Shown: in pieces, positions 48,958 through 58,237 of the stretch | Numbering within the stretch: position 1 is the stretch's first letter | How the letters are laid out: every line of letters begins with the position of its first letter | Assembly: GCA_963745465.1 (NCBI GenBank) | Contig: CAVUXT010000045.1 | Coordinates: forward strand, 35,235 to 99,234 | DNA length: 64,000 bases | Direction of reading: 5' to 3' | DNA from: an uncultured Bacteroidota bacterium | GTDB lineage: Bacteria; Bacteroidota; Ignavibacteria; Ignavibacteriales; Ignavibacteriaceae | Translations under genes and position numbers: made by a program | The notes under the pieces: model-generated | Told to the model about the DNA's origin: nothing | Seen by the model: only the letters and a program-made list of their open reading frames with translations | Databases searched by the model: none

Positions 48958-49872
48958 ATGAAGAACAACCTGCACATAATAATAATATCATTTCTTTTTT
49001 CCGTAATTCTATGGATTTCTATTTCGCTTTCAAACGATTATTATTCAACTTTTAGTATTCCATTAAAGTTGGTTGATTTCCAGCAGGGTTTGACCAGCGG
49101 ATCCAGGATCCCGAGGAAAATATCCGTAAAGGTAAAGGGAAAAGGCTGGAAATTAATCTCAGCAAGCATTGGCGCTGAACCAGATTTTGTAGTTTCTGCG
49201 ATCGGCGATACGGGCAAAAAATATATAAATCTTTATAATTACCTTAGCGAAAACCAGTGGCTCTCTTCAGACCTTGAGGTAATTGATATTAACCCTGATA
49301 CTTTAACTTTGAACATTGAAAAAGTCTCCAGTAAAAAACTAAAAATAGACCCTGACATTGATCTTAATTTCAGGGAAGGCTATGGAATTGCTTCACAAAT
49401 TTCTGTAATTCCCGATTCAGTTGTCGTTTACGGCCCATTGAGCGATTTAAAAAAAATGAATTCCATTCCGACTGAAAAAATCAGCCTCAATGATTTAAGT
49501 GATAAATTTGCAACAAGGGTTAATTTAAAAAATCTTCCGGGAATGTCATACGAAGAGAACAACGCATTTATATCCATTGACATTCAAAGAATTGTTGATA
49601 GAAATATTGACGGAATTAATGTTGCGGTAATGGAAGTGCCTAAAGACAGGGAAGTTGTTTTGCTGCCAAATAAAATCTCAATTAATGTTAAAGGAGGGAT
49701 CGATATTTTAGGCAAATTGACGACTGATCAATTTAAAGCTTATGTAAATTACAGGGATGTTGTGATGGATACACTGGGAGGTGTTATTCCGAAGATTGAA
49801 TCACCTGCTGATGTTACAATTCAATATATTAAACCTGATTTGCTCAGGTATGTAATTAAAAAATTTAATTAA
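48958..49872 (+). CDS. YbbR-like domain protein (CdaR-like)
   Basis: N-terminal TM helix followed by repeated beta-rich ~80-aa modules (V.V.G...L..I....I.), typical of YbbR repeats. Confidence 0.6.
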   Translation: MKNNLHIIIISFLFSVILWISISLSNDYYSTFSIPLKLVDFQQGLTSGSRIPRKISVKVKGKGWKLISASIGAEPDFVVSAIGDTGKKYINLYNYLSENQWLSSDLEVIDINPDTLTLNIEKVSSKKLKIDPDIDLNFREGYGIASQISVIPDSVVVYGPLSDLKKMNSIPTEKISLNDLSDKFATRVNLKNLPGMSYEENNAFISIDIQRIVDRNIDGINVAVMEVPKDREVVLLPNKISINVKGGIDILGKLTTDQFKAYVNYRDVVMDTLGGVIPKIESPADVTIQYIKPDLLRYVIKKFN

Positions 49873-49898
49873 CTATTATTCCTATTATTTAGAAAAAA

Positions 49899-50525
49899 AT
49901 GTTTATAACTTTTGAAGGCATAGATTTTTGCGGCAAATCCACCCAGGTAAGTCTTCTTAAAAAATATTTAATTTCCCAAGGCAAAACTGTCGAAATAATA
50001 CGGGAACCGGGCGGTACAGATATATCTGAAATTGTCAGGTCCGTACTGCTGGATAAAAAACATAACCATATGCAGATGGAAACTGAAATATTCCTGTTTT
50101 CTGCTTCACGTGCGCAGTTAGTAAGGGAAAAAATTCAGCCCTCAATTAATAAAGGGGTTTATGTAATTTCCGACCGGTTTCATGATTCAACTACGGCTTA
50201 CCAGGGATATGGCAGAGGTATTGATCTTGAAACTGTCAATCATATAAACAAACTGGCAATTGATGGAGCAGTTCCCGATATTACTTTTTTTATCGATATA
50301 CCGGTTTCAGTTGCGGCTGAAAGAAAAATTACTAAAGGTGAATCGAAACTTGACAGGATGGAACTTTCAGATAATAATTTTTTTGAACGCGTGAGAAAGG
50401 GTTATCTTGCAATAGCTGAAAAGGAAAGCAGGTTCCGCATAATAAATGGTACAAAATCGATTGAAGAAATAAATAAAAAAATTGTTGAAGAAATTAACTT
50501 ATTAGAGAGGAAAGAAGTAGGATGA
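49899..50525 (+). CDS. tmk: Thymidylate kinase
   Basis: FITFEGIDFCGKSTQ P-loop, REPGGT, DRFHDSTTAYQGYGRG. Confidence 0.95.
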   Translation: MFITFEGIDFCGKSTQVSLLKKYLISQGKTVEIIREPGGTDISEIVRSVLLDKKHNHMQMETEIFLFSASRAQLVREKIQPSINKGVYVISDRFHDSTTAYQGYGRGIDLETVNHINKLAIDGAVPDITFFIDIPVSVAAERKITKGESKLDRMELSDNNFFERVRKGYLAIAEKESRFRIINGTKSIEEINKKIVEEINLLERKEVG

Positions 50526-52168
50526 AAATGAAGAACATTAAAAAGTTTGTGCTTGCCGCATTTGTAATATTGCTATTCTCAGGCTTTTTTACGGGATCGA
50601 ATGATATCTATTTTGAAATTTCAAAAAACATCGACCTGTTTGGAAAAGTTTATAAAGAGGTATCCTTCAATTACGTTGAACCGATAGACCCCGAACAATT
50701 TATGAGAGCCGGAATTCAGGGAATGCTGGATGCTCTCGATCCATACACAATGTTTATGGATGAAAATCAAAAACAGGATATTGATCTTATTACAAATGGC
50801 AAGTACGGTGGTATAGGAATTTCAATCGGCGTGCGTGGAGATAAGGTAACCATTATTGAGGTAATGGATGGCTACTCATCTCAAAGACAGGGACTTAGAA
50901 TAGGTGATGTTCTGCTGCAAGCAGACAGCATAAAAATTACGCCGGAAAATTTAGATCAGCTTTCATCTTTAGTTAAAGGAGATCCCGGCACAACTGTTCA
51001 TTTGAAGATTCTCAGAAATGAAGAAAAAGATACCCTAAATTTTAATGTTGTTAGGGAAGAAATAATTGTAAAGAGTTTAACTTATTACGGATTTTATCCT
51101 GCTAACAGTAACAATGTATATCTTAAATTAACAAACTTCAGCAGGTCGGCAGGAGATGAAGTTAAGAAAGCATTACTAGAACTTAAAGCGCAAAAAGAAA
51201 TCAAGTCTATTGTTCTTGATCTGCGCGGAAACCCCGGTGGTTTACTGGACGTTGCAGTTGATATATGCAATAGATTCCTGAAAAAAGGCGATCTTATAGT
51301 AACCACGCGTGGCCGTGATCAAACAGATGAGAAAAAATATTTTGCTGAACAGGAGCCGATTGTCGGGAATTCGAAATTAATTGTACTGATAAACGGAGGA
51401 TCGGCTTCAGCTTCTGAAATATTAGCCGGAGCAATTCAGGATCATGATCGGGGAGTAATACTCGGAACTAAATCATATGGTAAGGGATTGGTGCAAACAA
51501 TTACACCGCTGGATTACAATACTTCTCTAAAAATAACAACAGCAAAATATTATACTCCCAGTGGAAGGTGTATCCAGAAAATCGATTACACTAAAAGCAA
51601 TAAAGTTTTTACGCAACCTGATTCAATTATCAAATCTTCATTTATGACCGATAACAAGCGAACTGTTTTTAGCGGCGGCGGAATCACTCCTGACACTACA
51701 ATTGATTACGTAATTGAGGGAAATATTACAAAAGACCTTCTAGCAAAAGGAATGTTCTTCACTTTTGCGGATTATTATTATTACCAGAACCAAAACCAGG
51801 ATTTTAGTAAAATCGATGATGCAATTATTTTTGATCAATTTGAAAAATATCTAAAAGAACAAAAATATGTTTATCATTCAGATGCTGAAAAGCAGGTGGA
51901 CAAAATGATAGCCGATGTGAGCAAAAGGAAAGATAACGGCGCTTTATCTGCTGATCTCGAGCGAATTAAAAATGAATTTGACAAGCTTGATCAGACTGAA
52001 CTAAAAATCTATAACGATGAAATCTTAAGAGAAATCAAAGGAGAATTAGCAGCGCGCTATCTCGGCAATAATGGAAGGACAGAAGTATATCTTAAATATG
52101 ACAGGCAATTCCAGGCTGCATTGAATATACTTAATGACAGTACGGATTATAACAACTTATTGAAGTGA
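50522..52168 (+). CDS. S41 family carboxy-terminal processing peptidase
   Basis: PDZ segment (GGIGISIG...GDVLLQAD), catalytic region DLRGNPGGLL...INGGSASASEILAGA...GTKSYGKGLVQ. Confidence 0.9.
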   Translation: MKMKNIKKFVLAAFVILLFSGFFTGSNDIYFEISKNIDLFGKVYKEVSFNYVEPIDPEQFMRAGIQGMLDALDPYTMFMDENQKQDIDLITNGKYGGIGISIGVRGDKVTIIEVMDGYSSQRQGLRIGDVLLQADSIKITPENLDQLSSLVKGDPGTTVHLKILRNEEKDTLNFNVVREEIIVKSLTYYGFYPANSNNVYLKLTNFSRSAGDEVKKALLELKAQKEIKSIVLDLRGNPGGLLDVAVDICNRFLKKGDLIVTTRGRDQTDEKKYFAEQEPIVGNSKLIVLINGGSASASEILAGAIQDHDRGVILGTKSYGKGLVQTITPLDYNTSLKITTAKYYTPSGRCIQKIDYTKSNKVFTQPDSIIKSSFMTDNKRTVFSGGGITPDTTIDYVIEGNITKDLLAKGMFFTFADYYYYQNQNQDFSKIDDAIIFDQFEKYLKEQKYVYHSDAEKQVDKMIADVSKRKDNGALSADLERIKNEFDKLDQTELKIYNDEILREIKGELAARYLGNNGRTEVYLKYDRQFQAALNILNDSTDYNNLLK

Positions 52169-52273
52169 TTAGCAGGATTAATACAATAGCAATTATTTTG
52201 GCGTTGCGCCTAACACGCCTGCAAAATTAATTAATAGCAATAGGTGCTGAGCATCCTGTAAGGCCGAAATCGA

Positions 52274-52732
52274 TCACTCCCGTTCAACTACGGTTTTAAT
52301 ATCGTTTAGATCCTGCAGTAGGGCCTTCCTCACCATACGCTTGAACAGAGGCATTGGGATCGATTTTATTTTTGCAACTATACCCTGGGGCTTAGAGTCA
52401 TGAGAACTGGTCAGAGGAACGACTCCACTACTCTCTGAAATACTCATTGTGGACAAGAATACAAATCCATCGCTTTCTGCTCTGGTTTTGTAGAACTCAT
52501 TCTCAGAAGCATCCGTTATCCTCTTTTCCACTGTAGCAGGTTTCCCGAAATACATTCGGGTTTCTTTCCACCTTAGACCCACGAGCCCGTTTGTCGGTTT
52601 TTCGATAACTTCAATCTTTTCAATTCCGCTTATGATTTCCGGCGCGTTCCCGATGTTTGTAATTGCGGCCCAGACACCCGCCCTGGATCCGTTGATTTTT
52701 ACCTGTGCTTCGACGGTCATAGTATCCCTCAT
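52274..52732 (-). CDS. SRPBCC (START/polyketide-cyclase-like) family protein
   Basis: About 150 aa with an Activator-of-Hsp90/SRPBCC-like pattern (V.INGSRAGVWAAITN...W.ETRMYFGK...). It is visibly more GC-rich than its surroundings. Confidence 0.6.
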   Translation of the reverse strand: MRDTMTVEAQVKINGSRAGVWAAITNIGNAPEIISGIEKIEVIEKPTNGLVGLRWKETRMYFGKPATVEKRITDASENEFYKTRAESDGFVFLSTMSISESSGVVPLTSSHDSKPQGIVAKIKSIPMPLFKRMVRKALLQDLNDIKTVVERE

Positions 52733-52831
52733 AAGGTTTTAGTGATTGTCTGTACAATGAAACTTATTTTTTCCATTTTATAAGCAGTAATTTAGCAGGA
52801 TAATTTCTCATTAATTTCTAATAGATTATTT

Positions 52832-53182
52832 TTATTTCCTCAAAATCTTTTCCATTGTTTTACCTTTAGCTAACTCATCAATCAGTTTATCCAGATAGCG
52901 AATTTTCTGCATAGTCGGCTCTTTAATTTCCTCCACTCTTATACCGCAGACAACACCTTTAATCAACTTCCGGTTTGGATTCAGTTTAGGGGCTTTTGAA
53001 AAAAAGATTTCAAAGTCAATTCGTTTTTTAATTTGATCTTCTAACTCTCTCTGGCTGTATCCTGTCAGCCAGCAGATAATTTTATCTACTTCAAATTTCG
53101 TTCGTCCTTTTTTCTCCGCCTTATTAATATAATGAGGATAGACACTGGCAACACTCATTGCGTAAACCCGATTTTTTCCCAT
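52832..53182 (-). CDS. DUF2200-family protein
   Basis: [37 protein letters not shown]...[19 protein letters not shown] matches my recollection of the DUF2200 family signature. Confidence 0.6.
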   Translation of the reverse strand: MGKNRVYAMSVASVYPHYINKAEKKGRTKFEVDKIICWLTGYSQRELEDQIKKRIDFEIFFSKAPKLNPNRKLIKGVVCGIRVEEIKEPTMQKIRYLDKLIDELAKGKTMEKILRK

Positions 53183-53346
53183 ATTAAATTCATCCTATTA
53201 TAAAGCTTAGTTATTTTGAACAAGCTAGCCAAAACGGAACGGTCAACTTAAAAATTACAAAATCGCCGAGTGCGAAATATCTGTCACTTTGAGCCGCTTG
53301 TTATACGCTTTTTAGAATTATTTGAGTACAATTTAAATTATATCGT

Positions 53347-53862
53347 TTATTCTTTTTTGGATTTTAATCTTTTTTCTAAATCTTGAAGCATCCTATGAAC
53401 AACGGGGCGAGCAATGGCTTTACAAAGTCCGCCCGAAGTTTTTACGTAAATTTTATATTTATTATTTGAGGTTAGTTCACCGTTTACCAAAGGAATAATA
53501 TAGCTTTGCTCTTTCTCAACAATAGTCTTTCTAAAAAGAGGATTCTCAGTATTTATTGGATGTTCCCAACCTTTCTTGAATCTGAATTTTCTTGAGGGAA
53601 TAAAACCCAAATAGATTACTCTATAATATATTTTTAATACAGTGATAGGATAGTTCCTATGATTTGCAATTACAAAACTTAATGTACTTGCAGAACTTTC
53701 ATTTAAATGTGCATCATTAATGCGAGGCTTTGTTTCATCACGAAAGACTTTGTATTTAATTATATAAAACAGTAAAAGGAACAGACTAATGAGAACGACT
53801 GGGGAATACCAGGCATTTAACCAAGAAAGAAAATTTGAAATATGTGTTGAATCAATTTGCAT
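53347..53862 (-). CDS. Hypothetical protein with one N-terminal TM helix
   Basis: An ORF of 171 aa flanked by long non-coding AT-rich spacers. No recognisable motif. Confidence 0.4.
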   Translation of the reverse strand: MQIDSTHISNFLSWLNAWYSPVVLISLFLLLFYIIKYKVFRDETKPRINDAHLNESSASTLSFVIANHRNYPITVLKIYYRVIYLGFIPSRKFRFKKGWEHPINTENPLFRKTIVEKEQSYIIPLVNGELTSNNKYKIYVKTSGGLCKAIARPVVHRMLQDLEKRLKSKKE

Positions 53863-54348
53863 TAAAACAACCTATTAAATAGTTTAAGCGTATAAGTATT
53901 ACTTATACCGCACTTTTTAAGTATATAATTTGCAGGTTATGCTACACTTTTTGCAGCAATAACACGCTGTTAAATTATTGGGTTCACTGTAATTTACTTT
54001 GCTTAAATAAGTTGCAAAACAATTAATTTATTTCCTTTGAGTTATTAGTGCAAAATCTGCATAAATAACATTTTTTAGTCCAACTGACCTTTTATAGTAA
54101 TACCAAGGCTCAATACACTGATATATATTTACAATTGTTCTAACTTAATTACTCTACAAGCTTCCCTTACAAGTAATGTATACAGATTGGATCCCGCAGA
54201 AGAGTAACCGTGGTTAAATTAAGAAACAGCAGGTACTTAAGCAATACTTATTTGTTGGTTAAAAGCCGGACCCACTGTTTCCGGAGGTCATACTTTTATA
54301 TTTAAAAAAGAATAGTAATTTAAGCTAATCAATTAGAAAGCTTTTATA

Positions 54349-55784
54349 ATGAACACCGCGATCAAAGAGAAAATTAAAACAATAACCGGCTCAAAAAATT
54401 TTTTCGATTCGGAAGAAGACAGGCTGTGTTATTCTTTCGATGCAACTCCTTTATTAAAGCAATTACCCGAAGCAGTTGTCTTTCCTGAAAATGAAGAACA
54501 GATATCTAAAATTTTAAAACTGGCCAACCAGGAATCTTTAACGTTGTGCCCAGAGGAGCGGGCACAGGCTTAAGCGGCGGCGCAATTCCGGTTGAGAACT
54601 GCGTTGTGCTGGTAATGACAAAGTGGAATAAAATTCTTGAGATAGACAACAGCAATTTAACTGCAACTGTTCAGCCGGGAGTTGTAACCGGGCATTTACA
54701 AAATGAAGTGGAAAAACTCGGACTCTTTTATCCACCTGATCCGGGGAGTATGAGCGTATGTACAATTGGCGGCAACGTTGCAAACAATGCCGGCGGACTT
54801 CGCGGATTAAAATACGGAGTAACAAAAAATTATGTGCTCGGCACAGAAATGATTCTACCAAACGGTGACCTGTTAAAAACCGGCGGCAAGAATATGAAAG
54901 ACACGGCAGGGTATAACCTCAGGGATTTTATTGTCGGAAGCGAAGGCACGCTTGGCATCATCACTAAAATATTGCTTAAACTTATTCCCAAACCAACTGA
55001 ATCAATTACAATTCTTGCTTACTTCGATAAGCTTTCATTTTCGGCAAAAGCCGTTTCTGATATTATCGCTTCACACATAACCCCTTCAATGATGGAATTT
55101 CTTGATAACACTACGATCAATTGTGTTGAAGATTACACGAAGGTCGGACTTCCGCGAAACAGTGAAGCTATCTTATTAATAGAGGTTGACGGAAGGGGAA
55201 GTATTGTTTACGAAGATGCTGAAACAATAAAAAATATTCTGAAAAAAAATAATGCTTCGATGGTAAAAACGGCTTCGGATATAAGTGAGGCATTAACTTT
55301 AAAATCAGCGCGAAGAAGTGCGTTCAGCGCGCTTGCGAGAGTTCGTCCAACCACGATACTGGAAGATGCAACAGTACCGAGAAGCGAACTTCCTGTAATG
55401 ATTGAAAAAGTAACCGAAGCTGGAAAGAAATTCGATGTAACTTTCGGAAATTTCGGCCACGCAGGAGACGGCAATCTTCATCCAACCTGCCTGACTGACG
55501 AAAGAGATGCTTACGAAATTGACCGCGCGCATAAAGCTTTCGATTTTATTTTTAACGAAGCTATAAAACTCGGCGGAACAATTACAGGCGAACACGGAAC
55601 AGGACTTGCGAAAAAACAATTCCTTGAGAAAGTTGCAGGAATCCCAGGAGTTGAAATGATGAAAAAAATAAAATCAGCAATTGATGAAAATAATATTCTG
55701 AACCCCGGAAAAATATTTTCAATCTCGCCCCGTTGCGAAAGTCCCTTGCCTTACCACAGAGAACAAATCTCAAATTATAAATGA
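54349..55784 (+). pseudogene. glcD: FAD-linked oxidase, glycolate oxidase subunit GlcD / D-lactate dehydrogenase-like; frameshift near 54535 as sequenced
   Basis: ORFs 54349-54573 and 54546-55784 join as ...KLANQE/(I)FNVVPRGAGTGLSGGAIP, the FAD-binding PCMH motif. The C-terminus has GEHGTGLAKKQFL...ILNPGKIF. Confidence 0.85.
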
Positions 55785-57098
55785 ATCCGGACTTCATAAA
55801 AAATATTCCCGCAGATATTCTTCCATCCGATGATGTTTTATCCCAATGCATTCACTGCGGAATGTGCCTGTCTGTTTGTCCCACTTACGAACTTACAAAA
55901 AATGAAAGATCTTCTCCGCGGGGAAGAATAAAAATGATAAAGTCTGTTACGAAAGGCGAGTTGGCTATCTCGAATTTATTTGCTGATGAAATGAACTTTT
56001 GTCTGGATTGCCAGGCTTGCGAAACTGCTTGTCCTGCAGGAGTTAAGTATGGCAAACTTGTTGAATCTGCAAGAGTGATCGTCGATGAGAGTTTCATAAA
56101 TTTTTCATTAAAAATTCGGATTAAAAGATTTCTGCTTAGAAAAATAATCGGAGATAAACATAACCTAAAAATTGCCGCAAAGATACTAAGGTTTTATCAA
56201 AGATCATTTTTAAAAAACTTATTTGAAAAGTCTGGTATCCTGAAATTGTTTTTAAAAATCCTTCCTGAAATTTCAAAATTAGTCTCCGAAGATTTCCAAG
56301 TTTTTCAGCGATGAAAGAATACCTGCGAATGTAAAACCTGAAACTGAAGCAAAATACAAAACCGCATTTCATTTTGGATGCATAATGAATGTTGCTTTTG
56401 CTGACATAAACCTGGATACTGTTGATGTTCTCAAAGCATTTTCGTGTGAAGTTTTCACTCCGCGAAACCAGGATTGCTGCGGGTCACTGCATGCACATAA
56501 CGGTGATATGGAATTCGCAAAAGACTTAGCCCGCAAAAATATCGATGCTTTCGGGAAAACGCATTTTGATTTTTTAATTTCTAACTCTGCTGGATGCGGA
56601 GCGTTTATGAAAGAATACGGTTTTGTCCTGAAGGATGATCCGGAATATTCTGAAAAAGCAAAGAATTTTTCGGACAAAGTAAAGGATATTTCGGAGTTTT
56701 TATTTGATAAAACACCAGCTTTAAAAATCGGCAGCTTAAATATCCGTGCAACCTATCACGATGCATGTCATTTAGCACATTCTCAAAAAATTAAGATTGA
56801 GCCCAGGGAACTATTAAAATCCATTCCCGGTTTAGATTTAGTAGAAATGAAAGCTTCTGATGCCTGCTGTGGAAGCGCAGGAATTTATAATGTATTAAGG
56901 CACAATGACTCATTGCATTTCCTGGAAAATAAAATCTTAAGTGCAAAGGAAACCAGGGTTCCGATTTTGATCACAGGAAATCCGGGCTGTATATCACAGC
57001 TTGTATACGGAGCTGATAAATATAAATGCGATATTAAAATAATGCATCCTGTTACGCTTATTAAAGAAGCCATGTATAAAGATATTTCTCAAAAGTGA
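55781..57098 (+). pseudogene. glcF: (Fe-S)-binding oxidoreductase, GlcF-like (two 4Fe-4S motifs plus two CCG domains); frameshift near 56280 as sequenced
   Basis: CIHCGMCLSVCP and CLDCQACETACP in ORF 55781-56314. The second frame is open from 56283 (…IPANVKPETEAKYKTAFHFGCIMNV…) and carries CCG motifs QDCCGS and DACCGSAG. Confidence 0.8.
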
Positions 57099-57430
57099 AA
57101 AATTTAAGCTGATATAAAATGGAAATTTCTGTTAAAAAATTCTACAACAATGGCTTGACCGAAGAGTTCAAAAAAATAAAAAATAGCATTAAATTTTCTT
57201 TTGTTATTCTTTGTTTTAATAATGTAATTCTTTAGTTTTGACAACTAAGATTTGTTAAATTTTTTAATATTTAATTAATCAATTGCGGGCTCAGCCTTAT
57301 AGCCGCATCAAATTTATTCATAACAATACCACAATTAGTTTTAGACGATATTTTGATTTTCTGGCATATTTTTATTGTTGTTATGAACAAGTTTTCTTCT
57401 AAAAATATTGCTTGTAACTCTAATAGGTAA

Positions 57431-58003
57431 ATGATGAAAAAATCTTTTTTGGATTATGTACTGAGAGTCCGGGTACCCATAACTATTTTTGTCATATTAG
57501 CTTCATTTACACTTACTTACTTTGCTTCGCGTGCCGAAAGAGACGGTGTAGGATACACTCCTGTTCAGCCGATAAATTTTTCCCATAAACTTCACGCAGG
57601 TTTAATGAAAATCGATTGCCAGTATTGTCACACGGGAGTTGAAAAATCCCGTCACGCAATGGTGCCCGCTGTATCAACCTGCATGAACTGCCACACTATC
57701 GCTAAGAAAGATTCACCTGAAATTATAAAACTAACTAAATATTACAACGAGGGAATAGCTCTTCCCTGGAAGAGAATTCACAGGGTACCTGAATTTGCTT
57801 ACTTCAATCATAGTGTGCACGTTAATTCAGGGATAGATTGTTCGAGCTGTCACGGTGATGTAAGAAATATGGACCATATTGGACAGATGAATTCCTTTAC
57901 TATGGGAGCCTGTCTGGACTGTCACAGGAATGCAAAAGAAAGATTGCCTTATTTAAAGAACATAAAAAACGGACCAGATGATTGCTGGGCATGTCACCGA
58001 TAA
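57431..58003 (+). CDS. actA: Alternative complex III subunit ActA, pentaheme cytochrome c
   Basis: N-terminal TM helix and five CxxCH motifs (CQYCH, CMNCH, CSSCH, CLDCH, CWACH). It is the first gene of the act operon. Confidence 0.9.
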   Translation: MMKKSFLDYVLRVRVPITIFVILASFTLTYFASRAERDGVGYTPVQPINFSHKLHAGLMKIDCQYCHTGVEKSRHAMVPAVSTCMNCHTIAKKDSPEIIKLTKYYNEGIALPWKRIHRVPEFAYFNHSVHVNSGIDCSSCHGDVRNMDHIGQMNSFTMGACLDCHRNAKERLPYLKNIKNGPDDCWACHR

Positions 58004-58015
58004 CCCGGAGTTAAA

Positions 58016-58237
58016 ATGGAGTTAAAAAACATAAATTTGAATAAAAAGATTAAGAGAAAAAATTTCTTTATTAGTCTGGGCGCGGGCGTTGCAGGTTATT
58101 TTGCTCTCAGGTCGGTTCCATTTAAATTATTTTTTAAGAAAAACGATTCAGCTAAAGCAGAAGATAAAAACGGCAGAAGAGTGAAGATTAATCCACTTGC
58201 CGTAAGCAGAAAAAATATAGGTGGTAATAATGTCTGA
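58016..58237 (+). CDS. Small hypothetical protein with Tat-like/TM N-region between actA and actB
   Basis: A GGAG RBS lies 8 nt before the ATG. The sequence KRKNFFISLGAGVAGYFALRSV has a hydrophobic helix. The stop TGA (58235-58237) overlaps the actB ATG at 58230 (ATGTCTGA). Confidence 0.5.
   Translation: MELKNINLNKKIKRKNFFISLGAGVAGYFALRSVPFKLFFKKNDSAKAEDKNGRRVKINPLAVSRKNIGGNNV

Noticed and set aside
52211-53979. Imperfect direct repeat TAACACGC(C)TG..AAATTA..TT at 52211-52235 and 53960-53979, flanking the three-gene islet, as possible att-like sites.
   Set aside because: Only an 8-mer plus short AT-rich stretches match, with gaps. That level of similarity is expected by chance in 64 kb of AT-rich DNA, and no integrase or recombinase is present.
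54180-54295. Possible cobalamin riboswitch upstream of glcD (CCCGCA...GTAA and GCCGGA...CC strings).
   Set aside because: The conserved elements (GGGAA, GGTG..AATCC, and the B12 box AGxCAGGAGACCTGCC order) are not present in the right order on either strand. This is a superficial resemblance only.
57099-57430. Promoter or FNR-like site and a small hairpin (TGCGGGCT...AGCCGCA, about 57285-57310) upstream of actA.
   Set aside because: The TTGACA-like hexamer near 57236 lacks a convincing -10 at proper spacing. The hairpin is short (7 bp with a bulge) and has no T-run. This is not enough to call a feature.
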